Shown here piece after piece: positions 36,690 to 39,472 of a stretch of DNA of 39,472 nt. Numbering within the stretch: the stretch's first letter is position 1; each line of letters begins with the position of its first letter. Both the position numbers and the translations under genes were made by a program. Below the pieces are notes generated by a model. It searched no databases. It was given only the letters and a program-made list of their open reading frames with translations, and was not told the DNA's origin. Origin of the DNA: a virus (Duplodnaviria; Heunggongvirae; Uroviricota; Caudoviricetes); the IMG/VR virus record IMGVR_UViG_2690316086_000021; one strand, 5' to 3'.

Positions 36690-38639
36690 TTAATCGTGTT
36701 TTGGCCATACTTTCAATGCAATTTCCCCCAACATTTTACCCCGCTCCAGGATTTCATCCTCATCCCATTTATCCTTAACTATAAGTGGAATGTTCAGTCG
36801 TAGATTGGTGTGGACGATGAGAGCATCACGTTTTTTCAGAAATACAGCATTCTGAACAGAACGGTTTACGCTAAGGTTAAGCAAAGTTAGATTTCCCAAC
36901 GTAGCTATCGCTTGTTGCCGTTTCCTTACCAGTAGCTGTTCTGGGGTAAGATCGGTTCCAGACAGAACAATTTGGTTCAATACCGTAGCATCTGAATTTG
37001 TCACCATATGACCATTTTCGAGAGGCCAACAGGAATACCAACTTTGAGGCATAAGATGATCGATATCGAGGTTAGAAAGATTTGGAACATCAGGCTTCTC
37101 TGTCTTCACTTGGCGACAAAGTTCTCTTTCAAGTTCCGTTAACATTGAGCGCATTTTCGGTGCGTCGAGCCTGCCAGGATAAAGTGGAGCATTGATGCAA
37201 GCGTTGAGAAATTCTGAGTCCCCAGGCCAACGTGAGGCTTCGCCATTTAAGCTATTGAGGATATTACGTAACTCAACACTGGAAATTTCTGTTTTAGACA
37301 AGTGCCGCAATACATTCATAAATACATTGTTGTAATTCTTTGGCGTCAGGCCACATACGGCTCTTCGTACTACGTAGGAGACAAGATCATTATACATGGC
37401 TGCTTTCTCATCATCGGCGATGTTAGCTATCGAAATGAACAAAGCAAGCGGATAAAGTGTCGTCACATCATAGGCTGCGATGCGATGTCCAAAGTGTGAG
37501 ATGGGGGTTGTGCCAAAACCACCAACCAATTCTTTATATTGTGATGCATATTGTTTGAGGCGCTTTACTTGCAGATCTGCTCGTTGTGAAGGCAAGTCCT
37601 TACTTACATAATCACGATACTCATTGTAAAGACGAGACAGATCGATTTCACGTTGCCTTTCTGATTGCAATGTTGCATGCACTAGCCACTCCATGCGTGG
37701 TTTATTAATACGACCACGACGTTGTCTTTCTGACCAGTACGTATCTTCAAAGATCTTCCACTCATTCTCATATAATTCAACAGCATTAATATTTTCATGT
37801 TCAGCGCACATAAAAATATAATTGCGAATAAGATCTGTGGCATGAAGTTCCGCACCTCTGCCATTTAATGTTTCAAAAATTATTTGAGCGTCATCTTCAG
37901 CCTCGAGAAATATGCTTACTAGTTTCAGATCCGTCAAGACAGCCTCAATTAATGCTACAGCATTTTCTCGTGGTGAGTGATTTTCTATTTTAATCCACTT
38001 TATAAAGGCTTCAGTAAAAAAACATAATGCTTCTAGTGATGGCGGGTGATTAAAATGCTTACGCAACGTACCATGCTGCGTGAAACTATCAGAGAATACA
38101 TTCCGGATATCGTCAATATTTTCAACATTAAAACTTTGAATAAAATGAGTTTGATCCCGAAAAGTTGGCCACAGTTTGAAGCGCTCTACTTCTTTATTTC
38201 GCATTGTGTCTTCGTTTGAGTTTTTCAGGCAAGACGAAATGAGAGGCTCTAAGTAGGAAAGATCTGTTGCACGTAATGCTAATCGGATGGATGCCAGAAC
38301 ATATTGAAGAGTGGTCAATCGTTGCTGACCATCAATAATATGTATGGAATCTACACCGAATAATCCTTTTTTTGGTTGAGGTTCCAGTACAACTGCACCA
38401 AGGAAATGGGGAGTTGGTTTTGTACCCGAGAGCCGGGATTGTGCTTTCTCTAGGATATCCTCCAGTAGAGCTGACCATTGGTTTCGCTGAGTCCATACAT
38501 AGGCACGTTGATAGAATGGAACACAGTATTGTCGGCGGTCTTGAAAAAGTTGTTGGACAGTTAGCGTCTCGGATTTCATGGTATACCTGTAAGCGACATT
38601 GTACAAAAGTGAGGAGTTAATCTGATTTAGAACAATCAT
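36690..38639 (-). CDS. GmrSD-like type IV (modification-dependent) restriction endonuclease: N-terminal DUF262 + C-terminal DUF1524
   Basis: N-terminal ..FYQRAYVW....IIDGQQRLTTL.. (DUF262 DGQQR motif) and C-terminal ..DIDHLMPQSW.. region (DUF1524 His-Me finger-like); visibly AT-rich; start is either 38639 or ATG 38579. Confidence 0.75.
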   Translation of the reverse strand: MIVLNQINSSLLYNVAYRYTMKSETLTVQQLFQDRRQYCVPFYQRAYVWTQRNQWSALLEDILEKAQSRLSGTKPTPHFLGAVVLEPQPKKGLFGVDSIHIIDGQQRLTTLQYVLASIRLALRATDLSYLEPLISSCLKNSNEDTMRNKEVERFKLWPTFRDQTHFIQSFNVENIDDIRNVFSDSFTQHGTLRKHFNHPPSLEALCFFTEAFIKWIKIENHSPRENAVALIEAVLTDLKLVSIFLEAEDDAQIIFETLNGRGAELHATDLIRNYIFMCAEHENINAVELYENEWKIFEDTYWSERQRRGRINKPRMEWLVHATLQSERQREIDLSRLYNEYRDYVSKDLPSQRADLQVKRLKQYASQYKELVGGFGTTPISHFGHRIAAYDVTTLYPLALFISIANIADDEKAAMYNDLVSYVVRRAVCGLTPKNYNNVFMNVLRHLSKTEISSVELRNILNSLNGEASRWPGDSEFLNACINAPLYPGRLDAPKMRSMLTELERELCRQVKTEKPDVPNLSNLDIDHLMPQSWYSCWPLENGHMVTNSDATVLNQIVLSGTDLTPEQLLVRKRQQAIATLGNLTLLNLSVNRSVQNAVFLKKRDALIVHTNLRLNIPLIVKDKWDEDEILERGKMLGEIALKVWPKHD

Positions 38640-39039
38640 TTTATGTTGCTATGATACAACGTATTTGTTACCGGTTAAGTAAAAAACGCGTCTGAACGCT
38701 GACGTTTTAGGGCTTTACTAGTTATTCTTTCTTATCTCTTCATCATCCCATCGGCATCCTGTCGAGGTTGTTGACTTGTTGTTATTTATTTTGTTTAGGC
38801 GCTGTTTAATTATTATTGATGGGACTGGTGGTGAGAGGTGATTGAAACCGCAGACAGGTCGTATGCAAGACGTGCTGCGGTTGGCTGATGCACTTTTGAT
38901 AGTGCAAGTATTGAATGATTGCCAGTCACAGCGGATTGTACTTAGGTAATATGACGGTTCAAGGCGTTTAAACTGAAACCATCCACATATCAGTCTCTTC
39001 AAACATTTCCTAAATCGTTCGGCTTATCTGTTCTTTCTC

Positions 39040-39472
39040 ACGTTTGCTGACGTCAGTGCTGATTGCCGGCAGTGTCATCATCGGTTTTACACGATACCCT
39101 TTGCGTTGAACGAGTCGTACTACTGTAACAACGCGTCGGTGAAGCTGCTCATCCCGACACAGGACAGTCGGGATATCATTGCAGTAGCAACGGGGAGTCT
39201 GGATGCAATATGGAAAGACGGACACCGATATCAGAAAGCCGGGGTAATGCTGGGGGACTTCTTCAGTCAGAGCATGCCCTAACCTATTCGACGATAACGC
39301 GCTGGGTCCTGGGAGCGAAAAGTTAATGAGCGTGCTGGAGCACCTCAACGCAAAAGACGGGAAGGAAACACTCTGTTTCGCTGGGCAGGGCATTCAGCAG
39401 CAGTGGCAGATGAAACGCGAGATATTTTCGCACCGGTATACAACTAGATTTTCTGGCATTTTAGGTGGTTAG
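39040..39472 (+). pseudogene. umuC-like (Y-family polymerase V subunit) 3' remnant, frameshifted
   Basis: Two consecutive frames give ..DIIAVATGSLDAIWKDGHRYQKAGVMLGDFFSQ then NLFDDNALGPGSEKLMSVLEHLNAKDGKETLCFAGQGIQQQWQMKREIFSHRYTTR.., which I recognise as the UmuC/MucB C-terminus; frameshift near 39280; the 5' two-thirds of the gene are absent. Confidence 0.5.

Noticed and set aside
38730-38760. Candidate attR core (CATCCCATCGGCATCC)
   Set aside because: Only about 11 of 17 positions match the thrW 3' end; too weak to call without a computed alignment.
38718-39393. Minus-strand ORFs 38718..39002 and 39010..39393
   Set aside because: The first lies in the AT-rich spacer with low-complexity translation; the second is antisense to the umuC-like remnant.

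Overview
Enterobacterial (E. coli-like) chromosome at the proA–thrW junction carrying a mosaic prophage integrated next to tRNA-Thr(CGU). From left to right: complete proA (1..1254), thrW (1369..1444), then a tyrosine integrase and overlapping excisionase. A leftward early operon follows that resembles the CPS-53 yfdP/Q/R/S/T block, including an HD-domain nucleotidase. The immunity region has a cI-like repressor (HTH + S24 peptidase), cro-like and CII-like genes flanking an operator-rich intergenic region. Next come an O-like replication gene with internal iteron repeats, a yfdN-like gene, a phage Dam methyltransferase, a LexA-N-like protein, RusA, KilA-N, a DUF968-like protein and a Q antiterminator. 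The lysis cassette is lambda-like (holin, endolysin R, Rz/Rz1, bor on the opposite strand). The head module is HK97-like (HNH, TerS, TerL, portal, protease, major capsid) and the tail module is Mu-like and contractile (sheath, tube, frameshifted chaperone, tape measure, baseplate, fiber). The tail fiber sits in a Gin/Pin-type invertible segment whose invertase gene is cut off after codon 42. Two visibly AT-rich cargo genes stand out. One is a TIR-domain protein (13573..14412, minus strand) inserted between Q and the holin; this is my best candidate for an uncharacterised single-gene anti-phage system. The other is a GmrSD-like DUF262/DUF1524 type IV restriction enzyme (36690..38639) occupying the position of the missing invertase 3' part. 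The window ends in a frameshifted umuC-like 3' remnant. All protein assignments are from reading the translations and recalled family motifs; no database search was run. The prophage right boundary (attR) was not found.
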